A stretch of 64,000 nucleotides of DNA from the NCBI RefSeq assembly GCF_963921235.1, contig NC_086106.1, positions 20,832,001-20,896,000 on the forward strand. The letters run 5' to 3'. Positions within the stretch are counted from its first letter, which is position 1, and each line of letters opens with the position of its first letter. Shown in pieces: positions 1-13,000 of the stretch. A model generated the notes under the pieces. That model did no database searches. It was given only the letters and a program-made list of their open reading frames with translations, and was not told the DNA's origin. The translations under genes were made by a program, and so were the position numbers. Source of the stretch: Mobula hypostoma. Its lineage: Eukaryota.

Positions 1-2150
1 GGAGCAAAATAAGGACATTTGTCGTAAATAGTCTTCTCCATCATTTCATCATGGCTGATCCAATTTTCCTCTTAACCCCAATCTGCTGCCTTCTACTGAT
101 ATCACTTCATGCGCTAACCAATCGAGAATATATCAACCTCTGCCTTAAATATACATAAAGACGACTTGCCTTCCACAACTGCCTGTGGCAAATAATAACA
201 CAACTTCACCACTGTATGGCTGAATAAATTCTTCTTCATCTCCATTCTAAAAGGACGCCCCTCTATTCTAAGGCTGTGTCCTCGGGTTTTAGACTGTCTC
301 ACCACAGGAAACATAGTTTTCAATCCACTCTTTCAAGGCTTTTCGCCATTCCATAGGTTGCAGTGAGGTAACCCTCCATTCTTTTGACTTCGAGTGAATA
401 CAGGGCCAGAGCCATTAAACGGTCTTCAAATAGCAAGCCATTCAGTCCTGGAATTATTTTCCTGAATCCCTTTGGAATGTTCTATGATACATCCTTTCTA
501 TGATGAGCGGCCCATATCTGCTGAGAATACTCTAAGTGAGGCGACACCAGTGCTATATAAGGTTTCAACATTACATCTTTGCTTTTATATGCCGGTACCC
601 TTGAAATGAGTGCCAACATTACATTTACCTTTCTCACCACAGACTCAACCTGCAAATTAAATGTTAAGTAATCCTGCACAGCGAATCTGAAGTCTCTGCC
701 CAAATCGTTTTTTTCGTATTTTCTTTCCATTTAGAAAATAGTTAATCCTTTCATTTCTTCAACCAAATGGCATGACCATACACTTTCCAAGAATATATTC
801 CATCTTTATTTTGTTTTTCCATTTCTTAAAGTCTCCCTGTCCTTCTGTAGCCCCCTACTTTCACAAACTACCTGCTCTTGCACCTATCTGCATATCGTCT
901 GCAAACATTTCAACCAAGGCATCAAATCCATTATCCAAATAATTAACACATAACTTAAATGAATCGGTTCTAGCTCAGATCACGGTGGAATGCCACTAGT
1001 CACCGGCAGCCATCCAGAAATGGCTCACTTTGTTCTACTCCTTGCTTTCTGCCAATCAGCCACTGCTTTATCTATTCTGTAATGTGTCATGCAATACCAC
1101 AAACCTATAGCTGTTAAGCAGCCTAATGTTGTAAAGGACTTGTGAAAATTCAAGTGCACAACATCACCTGGTTCTCTTTTATTTCTCCAACTAAATAATT
1201 CTTCATATATTTCCAAAACATTTGTCAGAAAATATATTTCATTGCGGAAACCATGATGAAAATGTCCTATTTACCATGTGTCTCTCATATCCTCAGAGCT
1301 CATTTATAATCATCGACTCCAACATCGTTTGAAACACTGTGGTGAGACTAACTAGCCTATAGTTTCCTTTCGTCTTCCTCTCTCCCTTCTTGAAGTCTGG
1401 AGTGACACTTGCAGTTTTCTAATCTTCTGGAACCATTGCAGAATCTAATGATTATTGAAATATCATTGCTCAGGCCGCCACAACCTCTTTAGCAGCGACT
1501 TTCAAAACTCGAGTGTACGCCATCTGGTCCATACGATCTATCTACCTTCAGATCTTTCAGTTTCCCAAGAACATTCTCTCTAGTTATGGGAACTTCACAC
1601 ATTTTGTGATCCCTGGCACCTGCAAATTCTACCATACTGGTAGTATCTTCAAAAGCGAAGAATAATAAAAAATGCTTATTCAGTTCGTCCGCCATTTCGT
1701 TCTTCCCAATTACTACCTCTCCAATATTGTTCTCCAACGATTCGACATCCACAATTGCTTTTCTATTACACATTACGTATTCGAAGAAACGTATCTTTTT
1801 TTTTTTATTTTATTGGCTATCTTACTTTCGTATTTCATTTTTACCTGCTTAGTGACTTTTCAGTGGCTTTTGATGGTATTTGAAAGCTTTCCAGTCCTCT
1901 AAACTCCCATTCATTTTTGCGCTATTACATTACTCCACTTTGGAGTTATGTTGGTTTTGACTTCTGTTGTTATTCACAGTTGTGTCATCTTTCCTTTAGA
2001 ACACCTCTTCCTCTTTGGGATAAAAATGTCCCGTGCCTTCCGAATTGCTATTAGAAATTCCAACGACTGCCGCTCTGCCGTCATCCCTGCCAGAGTTCTT
2101 TTTTCCAATCAAACGTCAGCAACATTGCTTGTCAACATTTATGGACAATT
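1..2150 (-). mobile_element. Degenerate CR1-clade LINE fragments (RT and 3' region)
   Basis: Broken ORFs 114..323 (RGHSLRIEGRPFR), 482..730 and 1489..1773 (ENVLGKLKDLKVDRSYGPDG) match the intact RT ORF at 59990..61663. Confidence 0.8.
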
Positions 2151-2380
2151 ACATGCACGATGACGGGCTACATATTGTACTCGTCCTTTGGCAAAACTCC
2201 TTCACAGAGACTTAGCCATAGGATTTGGAGGTGTTGCGTGCCTTAATTACCGGTGCGCCGCGTGGTTTGGCTTTGTGAAGGGTTACCCATGGCAAACAAT
2301 TCAAAGGGTAGAGGCCACATTAAGAGTAGTCCAACGTTCCTTCAGGTTCGCTGTTTCTGCTCAGCACAACAGTCGGTATT
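2150..2380 (-). pseudogene. Candidate decayed Ig C1-set exon (second CH exon of cluster A)
   Basis: One minus frame reads PTVVLSRNSEPEGTLDYS*CGLYPLNCLPW...APVIKARNTSKSYG*VSVKEFCQRTSTIC. This resembles the TLxCxxxGFYP...W...PV...LSVSxEEW..T.Y.C pattern, with stops. It lies after a T-rich tract and has a diverged paralogue near 35050-35250. Confidence 0.4.
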
Positions 2381-2539
2381 AGTAAAAAAAAACGAAATTG
2401 TCCGCAATACCAAGTGCACACTGCAGATGTCCTTGATGGGCTGGGAAAGGACCAGGGAAGTTCTGTTGTGGTAAAAGACAATGAAAATCAAATTAGTTTC
2501 ATCACAATAATTTCGGCAAATACAAAAATGCCGTAGTTC

Positions 2540-2855
2540 CCTGTAATCAGACTGACAGAGTTTGGTCAAAGTCCACTGAGGTGGAGCATTAACTCTTTTC
2601 CTTGATGTACTCTGGCCTACTTATTACTGGCACTGAGGGAGTCATAATAGAGTCAGTCGGTGAAATTTTCAGTCAGAGATCTTTTACATCCCGAAACCAG
2701 TCGGTGACAAGTATTGTTCTCCATTGATCAAATTTTATCTGGATCTTTACAAAACCACCCAACAAACTGACAGCAGGGTACTCGAGTGAAGAGAGGAGCC
2801 GGAGCATGGTATATCTGCAGAGTGCTGGTGTGAAAGGGGGTGGCTGCTGAGCTGG
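2540..2855 (-). pseudogene. Candidate decayed IgW-like CH1 exon (cluster A)
   Basis: Follows a polypyrimidine acceptor-like tract. Reads SADIPCSGSSLHSSTLLSV(TGT), with TGT at the Cys+14 position where C1-set domains have Trp (TGG). Paralogous to 39190-39345 and 35447-35640. Contains frameshifts and stops. Confidence 0.45.
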
Positions 2856-4197
2856 AGAGGAGAACTGGAGCTGGGTTTCTCAGCTCAGAGTAAATTTGCA
2901 ATGAAGTAACACTTGGGTATTTGTTGAAAATGATCGATGGTGTATCAGCAGGACGAGTGAAACTCGGTCTGCGTTTAGTCTGAATTGTAGTAAGTTGTTA
3001 GAACATCGGATGGTATGAACAACAGGTGGGTGATAATATTGTTTACATCATTTGGAATCTGGGCGTTACTGGTAAAGCCATTCAGAAGGTAGAGTATTTG
3101 GAGGCAAACGTATTGATGGTTCAGGGGTCACAAACAGATTCGAGGCGTAGGATTAAGAAATCCCCTTCATTGAGGGACATCAGTAAAACTGAAGGTACAT
3201 CATTTCTAATGACTACATTTTAAGAAAAAAAAACACATTATTAAGATGTTGTATATCTGACCACCGATCCAAATCTTTTGCACAATCATTATTACCTGCG
3301 TTTAAAATTGACAGTTTTGTTGGGGTGGTGTCCATGGAGTGTTCATTCTTCTCTCTGCGATACACAGCTATTTTCAGGAACTGCCCTGGTTTCCCATCTC
3401 TCTGAAACCAACATTGTGTCTGTCCATTCAATAACGATACCCATGTTGTCCTGGCCAATATTTCTCTTTCAATAACATCACCAGAACGGAGTGATTGTTT
3501 TCATCTTCAAATTTGTCGATTCTGTTCTTTGCAGAAAGGCTGCACATTCCCTGCTCTGCAACAGGTTTTACATTGAAACTATTGCATTGCCTGTGAAGTG
3601 CTTGGGGCACCATGAAGTGTGTTCTGTAAATGTCAGCACTTCATCTCACAACCACTTTTACTGATTCGCGCGTTACACTGTTAATAGAAGAAATCACTTG
3701 TTAAACAAACTCAGCTGTGGATGGAGGCAGCCAAAAATTTGGAAGGTTTAATCCTGCGATATCGCCTATACCTCTAATGTTTCCTGTGAACAGACCTTAT
3801 ACTGGAAATTACATGATATGACTGACACCTACTTATGTCCTGGGGGATATCGAGCCATCAAATATTCCCTCAGGTCATGTCTTAATCCGATCATTTTCAA
3901 CGTAAATCCGTGATCCCAATAACTTGACACAGAACACATTCGTTGTTGTCACTGACAGGAAACACGGACAATTGCAATGAAACGCTCAGCCCCTGACCGT
4001 GGGCACATTCAATGCTGAGCGTCATAACCTAAATTTCATCCAAACGGTGTGCTCATTCAACACAATCTTATGGTGTCACGACACAGTCTGGTGACAAGAT
4101 CCGACCCCATTCCCCTGTAGCCTGTTTCCGGTCTGTGGACAATTCACTGGTAGGGTGGTATATGTACCCTTGTACTGTTACTGGCATGTAGAGGAAC

Positions 4198-4275
4198 CCA
4201 GCTATTTCGTGAAGGTTCATTACTTCCTCTAAATGTCTCACTGATATTAGGTGATTCACTGCATTCCTCAAATAA
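4198..4275 (-). pseudogene. Degenerate JH-like segment with decayed 23-RSS (cluster A)
   Basis: Aligns with 41254-41335, where the RSS is recognisable. The 23-nt spacer is largely conserved (GTGATTCAC.GCATTC), but the heptamer here is CTCACTG. No intact WGxG. Confidence 0.35.
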
Positions 4276-4716
4276 ATTAATAAAATACAAACATATGAGG
4301 ATAAAATTCAGAAATTGGAGTTACATGAAATCACTGTCAACGTGGTTTATCCGCTCCAGTTGGTAAGATATTCACACCGCTCAGTGTCTTCACTCAAAGA
4401 ATGTAGTGCCTTCACTCGCCTGTCACATGCAATAATCTCAACACCTGTCAACGTAACACCTGTATGGACCGTCACAACTGCATACTGAATTTATATCCAA
4501 AACTCACAGCTTGGTTCTTCCCGGCGTCTGAATACAAGAGGTACCTTCAGAGTTTTTCTGTCTAATGACACCGGTTTCCACCAGCCCCCAGAAACGCTTT
4601 TATTTGCCCAAAAATGGCCATTTGGCATATCCTCGAGACTGGCTTCTGTGACTTGACTCTGGGAAGCAGCAACGCGGAAGTTGCGTAAAATGACTGCGCT
4701 CCTAGTTTTTCGGGAA

Positions 4717-4780
4717 TATTTCTGTTCAGCTCCCCACTGCCGTGATCCATATTACGGAGATTCACCGCAGGTCACAAACC
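4717..4780 (-). other. DH segment with 12/12 RSS (D2 type), 5' heptamer damaged (cluster A)
   Basis: Minus strand: GGTTTGTGA-12-CTCCGTA | ATATGGAT | CACGGCA-12-ACAGAAATA. Near-identical to 42365-42428. Confidence 0.65.
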
Positions 4781-5008
4781 ACCTTTATCCGATCCAGCCC
4801 AAAGCCGGTTGAATCCCAGAATCTGCCAGCGGACTCATTAACCTCCCACGCCTGACTTCCTTCCCCAGTTGACCCACGCAATGACTCTCAATTTTCGCCA
4901 GTCGAGTACAGACGTGGAGCCGATATGATGAAATGGGATTTTCAATGAGTGTCCACTGACAGCCATTCATCTGTTGTTCCGTTCTCTTCCAACACATCTC
5001 CAGTGGAA

Positions 5009-5084
5009 ATTCTATCTAATCCCTGATTATATACTTGGAATCTGATTCGTATGCTTTCGTCCCAGTGTAGTCGACGTAAGCACC
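5009..5084 (-). other. Possible highly degenerate D1 (12/23) site (cluster A)
   Basis: Conserved GTCCCAGTGTA heptamer-like block and GTAAGCACC nonamer-like block shared with 42660-42731, midway between V and D2. Spacer lengths are imperfect. Confidence 0.25.
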
Positions 5085-5358
5085 TGAAGAGCCTAATTTG
5101 AATAGATCTGTAGATTCGTAGCATTTCAGCACCAGCCCAAGTCTATAGGTGACCCCATTCCCAACGGTGCTTGGCTCCGAGCTGCCCTGTGACATGATAC
5201 CCTCTGTCCATTTATGCAACACTTCTTCTCAGGAATCCTCTCTCCCAGCCTGCCTTCCCTTCCGTGGATGAACGAACCTGTCCAGAAATATCGAGATAGA
5301 GCTGTGGCGATCGCTAGTTCCCTGTCACTCAGCACTCCAATACCTGGTGCTCCTGGTG

Positions 5359-5397
5359 GGTTTTCGTCTCGGTCCAGTCCCGGTCTCTCTCACTGTG
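5359..5397 (-). promoter_or_regulatory. 23-RSS of V1
   Basis: CACAGTG + 23-nt spacer AGAGAGACCGGGACTGGACCGAG + ACGAAAACC, immediately after YYCTTE. Confidence 0.92.
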
Positions 5398-5853
5398 TCT
5401 CTGTCGTACAGTAATAGGTAGCCGTGTCATCCATTCTCAGGTTGTTCATTTGCAGATGAAAGTTGCCGCTGCCCTTGGAAGCGGTGAACCGGCTCCAGAC
5501 TCCAGGCGCGTAAAAAATTGTAACTTTCACTATAATATCTCGCTAACGACTCCAGCCCTTTCCCTGAGACCTGCTTCACCCAATGCATGAAGGAGTCGTC
5601 GATATCGAAACCACTGACTGCACAGGACTGTCTGTGCGAATTTCCAGGACTTACCACTGCTGAGCCCGGCTGTTTTAGCAGAACGTCTGTCCGCACTTCT
5701 GTCAATAAACAAAGTGCAGAAATCAATGCAATGTTGCAGCAGCATAGGCCCCAAAGGCTCCGAAATATCGTTTGCCCTGGGTGGTTGACAGGCTCGAGAC
5801 ATGTTCCCTGCCAGACAAGAGAAGAGAAGACAGACATAAAGAACGACACCCAT
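5398..5853 (-). pseudogene. IGHV: IgW-type immunoglobulin heavy-chain V segment V1 (leader + V exon), disabled
   Basis: Leader 5853-5808 MGVVLYVCLLFSCLAG; 109-nt intron with donor GG instead of GT. V exon 5698-5398 reads DVLLKQPGSAVVSPGNSHRQSCAVSGFDIDDSFMHWVKQVSGKGLESLARYYSESYNF, then a +1 shift in a T6 run, then YAPGVWSRFTASKGSGNFHLQMNNLRMDDTATYYCTTE. The SHRxSC and WVKQV motifs and the short FR3 are IgW-like. Confidence 0.92.
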
Positions 5854-5879
5854 CGTTCTGAGAATTGGATCGGGCATAG

Positions 5880-6290
5880 CCACTTTTGAGATCGGCGCTT
5901 CTGTTCAGACCGGATCTAACGCGAATCACAATGAGCGCTGATGAAATAGCGACATGGACTGTGAGTGAGAGAGGGAGCTGCTGATTAAACAGGCTCTCGT
6001 ACACTGAACTCAACGGCGCAAGCTTCATGTTCCCGCCCCTAGCAGAGATAACAGTTCCCCAAAAGATATTTGCCTCTATGTAGGAGTCAGGTCAGCGGCA
6101 GTGACCAGAACCACATTGAAGCTCTGTCGCTCTCTGTTCAAATGATCAACGTCAGCGTTAGAAAATGTATTTAAACGGAAACACAGATAATCCCAGCGGG
6201 AACCACTGAGAGACACCGTCAGTTGACTTATATCCCGTTAAGAGACAGGGGGTGAGAGACACCAGTTAGTCGACAGAAATCACCCTTGAA
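5880..6290 (-). promoter_or_regulatory. V1 upstream/promoter region conserved among the three V genes
   Basis: Shares CAGCGCTCA (5932-5940) and CAGGTCAGC/GCTGACCTG (6088-6096) blocks with the V2 and V3 upstream regions at similar distances from ATG. Confidence 0.5.
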
Positions 6291-6299
6291 GATAGGAAC

Positions 6300-7075
6300 T
6301 GGGAGAATCCAGTCAGTATACGGATATCCCCCTGACATATGGTCTGAGAGATACTATTCAGGAAATTAGATACAGTTGATAAAGGAGTTGGTCCAAATCG
6401 GTTGTAAGAGAACACCGGCAGAGATGACGGCAGAGCAGCAGTGGCTGGAATTTCTGGAAGCAATTTGGAAGGCACAGGAAGTACAAACCCCAAACAGGAA
6501 GTAGCAATATAAAGGCATGATGACATACCAGCGGATAACAAGAGGTTAATGCCAAAATAAAAACCAAAGAAGGAGCATATCATGAAGCTAACATTTGTGG
6601 GAAGTTAACCAATTGGGGAGCTTCTAACTGTCCACAGAAAGCAACTTAATAGTAATTAAGAAACTGAAAATTGAATACGAATTAGAGTTAGGCAGTAAGA
6701 TTAATGGGGATAGGAAAAGTTTACTCAGGTTCATAACGTGTAAAACAGAGGCGGAATGGATATTGTACGGCTGGCAAACGATGCTGGAGCGGTAGTAATG
6801 GGGGACAAGGACATGGGGGACGATCTAAATAGGTATTTTGCACCAGTTCTCACTGTGCAAGGCACTAGCAGTGTGGTGGAAGTTCCAGCTGTCAGGGGGT
6901 ATAGAGTGCACGGTTACCCTTACAAGAGAGAAGGTTTTTGGGGACCTGAAACAGTTGAAAGTAGCTAAGTTATCTGGACCATATGGTGTCCACCCACCCA
7001 GGGTTCTGAAAGAGTGACTGAGCGAATCTGAAGGCATTAGTAATGATCTTTCAGTCGTCACTGCTCCACCATTCA
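6300..7075 (+). mobile_element. CR1-clade LINE fragment
   Basis: ORF 6756..6968 (GDKDMGDDLNRYFAPVLT) matches the N-terminus of the 557-aa RT ORF. Confidence 0.75.
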
Positions 7076-9236
7076 ATCACGAGCTAATCAAGTTCTTCTA
7101 TTCATTCCCACTCACCTGCCTTCACCCCATCCTCGTTGATGCCACGACAAATCAAGAGCCTATCTATCTTTGCCTTAAACACACTCAAATCCCGTCTATA
7201 TCCCCATCTAAATAATCGTCTGCCAGTTTATTTCTTCCACCAAAGTTCATGACCATACACTTACTAATGTTATATTTCATTCGCCACTTCTTTTTCCTTT
7301 CCACTAAATTATTTAAGTCTCTCTGCAGGCTGACTGTTCCTCAGCAGGCTGCCGGTCATTCTGCAGGCATCCTTAACCCTACCCGCTCCTCCATCTATCT
7401 GTGTATCATCTGAAAGTTTAGCCACACGTCCATTAATTCCATAGTCCAAATCATTGACATACATCGCAGAAGTCAGCCGTCCCAATACCGATCCCTGTGG
7501 AACTCCATTAGCAACCAGGAGCCAGCAAGAATAGGATCCCTTTATTCCCTCTCTATGTTTTCTGCCGACCAGCCAATGCTCCACCCATGCTAGTAACTTC
7601 CCTGTAATTCCTTGGGTTTTTATCTTGCTAAGCAGCCTTATGTGCGGCACCTTGTCAAAGACGTTCTGAATATCAAAGTACACCAGGCCTAAAGCATGTC
7701 CTTTGTCTACCGTGCTTCCCTGCTTGGAATTTCCTCAAATAATTGCAGTAGGCTTCTCAGGCAGGAGTTTCCTTTCAGGAAACCATGCTGGCTTTGGCCT
7801 ATCTTGCCATGTGCCTCCAGGTGCTCCGTAAATGCATGCTTAGCAATCGATTCCAACAACTTCCTATCCACAGATGTGACAGGTCTACATTTCCGTTCTG
7901 CTGCCTTCCACGCTTCTTAAATAGCGCAGTAACATTTGCAAATTTCCAATCATCCAGTACAATGCCAGAATCTATTGATTCTGGAAAAAATATCGTTTAT
8001 GTCCCCGTAATATCTCCAGCTGCTCTTCCAGAACTCGAAATTGCATTCCGTCAGCTTCAGGAGATTCATCCATCCTCAGACCATTAAGCTTCCTGAACAT
8101 CTTCTCCGTCGTAATTTTCACTGCACCTACGTCACTTCCCTGACACCCTTGAATCCCCGGTATACTGCAGACGTCTTCCACTCTGAAGACTGATGCAAAA
8201 TATGCATTTAGTTCCTCTGCCATCCCTTCAACTCTCATTACAATATCTCCTGCGTCTCTTTGCATTGGTCCTATATCTAACCTCGACTCTCTTTCAAAGT
8301 TTATATCTTTTAAAACGCTTTCATTGTCTTCTTTGATATCAGTCGCCAGCTTCATTTCATAACTCACCTCTTCTTTTCTAATGATCTTCTTACTTTCCTT
8401 CTGCAAGTTTCTTTAAAGCTCCCCAATGCTCTATCTTTCACCAGCTCTGGCTTCCTTGTGTGCCTTCTCTTTTGCTTTTATCTTGGCTCTAACTTCACTG
8501 TTCGCCACGGTAGTGTCCTTATTCCCTTTGAAAATTTCTTCTTATTTGGAATATATCTCTCTTGCACTTCCCTCATTTTGCACAGAAATACAAGCCATTG
8601 TTGTTCTGCTGTCCTTCTGAAAATGCCCCTTTCCAGCCAACTTTGACCAGTTCCCCTCTCATATCATTGTAATTTCCTTTATTCCACGGAATACCAACAC
8701 ATTGGATTTTTGTTTCTTTCCGTCTCAAATTTCAGTGTGAACTTGATCATATTCTTGTCACTGTTACCCAACGGTTCCTTAACCCTAAGGTCTGTTATAA
8801 CCTCCGGATTATTGTACAACACCCAATCCAGCACAGCGATTCCCCTGTGGGCTCAACAACAAACAGTCCTAAAAAGACATACCTTATTATTCTTCAAATT
8901 CTCTCCCTTCAGGTCCAGTACTGGCCATATTTTCCCAATGCAATTTCATGTTAAACCCCAAACGATTATCATGACATTTCCTTTCTGAAACACCTTTTCT
9001 ATCTCCTGCTATAATTTGTAATGCACAATCCGGCTGCTGTTTTGAGACCTCTATAAAACTACAATTCGGGTACTTTTAACTGGGCCATTTCCTAACCTAA
9101 ACCATAGAGACTCTTCACCTTCCAATCCTATGTCATCGTTTTCTAATGATTTATTATGATTTCGTATACACAGAGACACACTACTAACTATTCCTATTAA
9201 CCGGTGTTTCCGATACAGCATATATCCTTGGGTTTG
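7076..9236 (-). mobile_element. CR1-clade LINE fragments
   Basis: ORFs 7309..7683 (FDKVPH..GVPQGSVLG..LSDDTQI) and 7972..8406. Confidence 0.8.
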
Positions 9237-10005
9237 GAGAGATTATGAGAAAGGACAAAGAAGGGACAGATGGAATACAGTGTACGGTAGTGCATGACCA
9301 CCTGTTTCCATCCAGGGGGTCAGGGTGGACATGGTGGAGGATTACAAATACCTGGGGATACGAATTGACAATAAACTGGACCGGTCAAAGAACACTGAGG
9401 CTGTCTACAAGAAGGGTCAGAGCCGCTTGTATTTCCTGAGGATACTGAGGTCCTTTAACATCTGTCGGACGATGCTGAGGATGTTCTGCAAGTCTGTGGT
9501 GGCCAGTGCTATCATGTTTGCTGTTGTGTGCTGGGGCAGCAGGCTGAGGGTAGCAGACACCAACAGAATCAACAAACTCATTCATAAGGCCAGTTCCGTT
9601 GTAGGGATGGAACTGGGCTCTCTGACGGTGCTGTCTGAAAAGAGAATGCTGTCCAAGTTGCATGCCATCTTGGACAATGTCTCCCATCCACTACATAATG
9701 TATTGGGTAGGCACAGGAGTACATTCAGTCAGAGACTCATTCCACCGACATGCAACACTGAGCGTCATAGGAAGTCATTCCTGCCTGGGGCCAACAAACT
9801 TTAAAACTCCTCCCTTGGAGGGTCAGACACCCTGAGCCAATAGGCTGGTCCTGGACTTATTTCTTGGCATAGTTTGCCATTTTATTTTTAAATTATTTAT
9901 GGTTTTATATTGCTATATTTATACTCTATTCTTGGTTGGTTCAACTGTAACGAAACCCAATTTCGCACGGGATCAATAAAGTATGACTATGACTATGAGT
10001 ATGAT
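9237..10005 (+). mobile_element. Rex1/Babar-like LINE 3' fragment
   Basis: ORF 9325..9804 (YKYLGIRIDNKL..GQSRLYFLR..HPLH..TERHRKSFLP) followed by AATAAA and a (TATGAC)n tail. Confidence 0.75.
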
Positions 10006-10031
10006 AAAGCACTTTGGTAGAAGAAATGAAA

Positions 10032-13000
10032 TGTCGTGTCAAGTCCGTGAAGTCCGCATTCCAGTTTCCATTCCAGTGTCAGGACTCCGTGTCTTCCAGC
10101 TATCCCTTTTCTCGGTTGGGTTAATCATTCAGCCAGTCCGGCTGTAGGGATCAGGCCGGTTCCGTAGCAGGCCGAGGTTGCTGGCCGTAACTGCGACTCT
10201 GGACAACGCCATTGCAGAGACGGAGCTGTCTGTCGTTCTTCGGTGTTTGTCTCTTCTTCTCCTCGGGCTTCTCAGGCCGTTCTGCCGTTGCCCTGCGTGT
10301 GGATCTGTGTGGTTTTGTCTTTGACTCTGTTGGGTAAGTCCGACCGTTCTGCCGTTACCCGACGGATGGAGCTGTCCCACCTTGGTGTGTAGATAAAGCT
10401 GAGTCCCTGCTTTTCGAAGGATAATTCCCGGCTCTATGTTGGTGTAGAGTTTCCAGTCTGTCTCCGAGCTCCAGCTTTCAAGTTACCAGCCTCCGCATTC
10501 CAAGAACCCAGCCTCCAGCCTGAAGCCTCAGAACTCCAGCCTCCAGCCTCAAGCTTCAAGAGCCCAGCCTCCATCCTCAAGCATCAAGCCACCAGCATCC
10601 AGCCTCACGCCTCAAGACCCCAGCCTGCAACCTCAAGCCTCTACACCAGCCTTCAGCCTCAAGCCTCAAGACCCCCGCCTCAGGCCTCAAATACCAGCCT
10701 CTAGCCTCCAGCCTCAAGCCTCAAGATACTAGCCTCCACTCTCAAGCCTCAAGACCCCAGCATCGAGCCTCAAGCCTCTACATCCCCGCGTCAAGCATCA
10801 ATCCTCAAGCCCTCAGCCTCCAGCCTCCAGCCTCAGGACACCAGCCTCCAGCTTGAACCCTCAAGACACGTTCAGTCCTGCAACCATTTGATATCCTTGC
10901 CTAATTCTGGGGTCCGAGCCCGAGGCATGACCCAGGTTCTGGGTCCTTGTCCAATCTCGGGCTCGGAGTCCAAGCCCAGGCTCCGAGTTCATAGCTGCTT
11001 GTCCGGGTTCCTTGTTTCTTGCCCATATCCTAGCCCAGGTCCTGCATCCTTGTCCTTTTCCGAGTACTTCAGTGTCTGTGTCTTGTATTTGTGTCCCCAC
11101 CAGCGTCCCCTATTGTGAAAGAACGAACCAGCCATTCATGTACCCAGCAATGGAGACACTGTCGTATAACTCCCGTCACCCTGGGTTCCCTCCTGATTAA
11201 ATTCCTGACCGAAACTAATCATAGGCACTTGATTCCCATCTGGGGGCTTGGAATATAAGTGGCCTTGTGGTCGAGTGTCGGGGGCTGGCTCTTCTTATCA
11301 AGACTCCCTGGTAGCAACCTGCCGTTGGAAGGCTGGAGATACCACTTGCCATCTTTATGCCGCGTTGGAGGACCATCGCTTCATGGAGCCTTGCTGCCGG
11401 TACTCGGAGCTGTCTTTGCGGTATGGATTCGGCCGTTTCCTGGGCCAGCTGAGTGGCCGTCAGCAACTCCGAACTAGGTAGGGATCCGGCTGTTTCCGTA
11501 GCCAGCCGAGGTTGCTGGCCGTAACTGCGACTTCGAGTATCCCAGATGCAGAGAAGGAACTGTCTGTCGTTCTGCGGTGTTTGCCTCTTCTTGTCATCGC
11601 CTCCTTGGGTAAGTCAGGCCGTTTTACCGTTACCCTACGTTTGGATCTGTCCCCTCCCCCCCCCCCCGTTCTGCCTTTGATCTGCGTGGGGATCTGCCTT
11701 GTCTTGCCTTTGGCTCTGTTGTTAAAGTCAGGCCGTTCTGCCATTACCCGACGGATGGTCCTGTCCCACCTTGGCGTGGAGATAAAGTTGAGATAAAGTT
11801 GACTGCTCTATGTCTACGTACTGTCGAGTCTCATGTTAGTGTCGTGTTAAAGATGAGTCTTGGATTTTCGAAGGTTAAGTCCCGGCTGTATCTAGGTGTA
11901 CAGTTCCCAGTCTGTCTCGAACTCCAGCCTCCGAGTTATCAGCCTCCGCATTCCAATACCCCAGCCTCCACCCTTAAGCCTCAGTACCACAGCCTCCAGC
12001 CTCAAGCATCAATATCCCACCCTCCAGACTCAAGTCACAAGTCCGCAACATCCAGCCTCAAGCCTCAAGACCACAGCCTCAAGCTTCAATACTCCATCTT
12101 CCAGCCTCAAGACTCAAGACTCCTGTCTCCACTATCAAGCCTCAAGACCCCAGCCTACAACATCAAGTCTCAAGACCCCAGCCTCCAGCCTCGAACCTCA
12201 AGACCCGAGCCTCCAGCCTCAAGCCTCAAGACTCAACCCTCCAGCGTCAAGCCTCAAGACACCAGCCTCCATCCTCAAACTCATGATCCCAGCCTACAGC
12301 CTCAAACCTCAATACCCCTGCCTCAAGCTTCAATACTCCATCTTCCAGCCACAAGCCTCATGACCCCAGCCTTCAGTCTCAAGCCTCAAGACCACAGACT
12401 AGAGCCTCAATCATCAAGAACCCAGCCTCCAGCCTCACGCCTCAAGACCCCAGCCTCCAGCCTCAAGCCTTAAGACTCCAGCCTCAAGCGTCAAAACACC
12501 AGCCTCCAGCCTCAAGCCGCATGAACCCAGCCACGTCCAGTCCCGTAGCCATGCCATGTCCTGGCCTAGTTCTGGTTTCCGAGCCCGAGGCATTACCCAG
12601 GTTCTTGGTCCCTGGCCAGTTTCAGGCTCGAATTCCAAGCCCAGTCCCTAGATCATAGTTCCGTGTCCGGGTTCCCTGTTTCTTGTCCATGTCCTAGCCC
12701 AGGACCTGCATCCTAGCTCCTGTTCCTAGTATTTCAGTGTTTGTGTCTTGCATTTGTGTCCGTCATCAGCGTCCCCCATTGTGACAGAACAACCCAACCA
12801 TTAATAGACCCAGCAACGCAGACACTTTAGTCTAACTCCCTTCACCCTATGTTTCCTCCTATTCAATGCCGCCTCCCCCCCCCCCGCCCCCCACCGAGTC
12901 ATAATTAGTCCTGGAAAATTTCTTCGTTCGCCCGGAGGCTCCCATAGCAGTGGCGAGTTGGGTACTGTCACGGTCCGGTCTGTGAAGTCCCCAATTTGGT

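Noticed and set aside
2342-2569. ORF or exon after CACAACAG that looked like a TM or secretory-tail exon
   Set aside because: No match to Ig or TCR transmembrane motifs; the region is better explained as intron plus the start of a C-like remnant.
5130-5200. CACAGGG / CATACTG + CAG(C/T)TCGGAGCC block (also 42825-42870) as a D segment
   Set aside because: Conserved between clusters, but no acceptable nonamer at 12 or 23 nt on either side.
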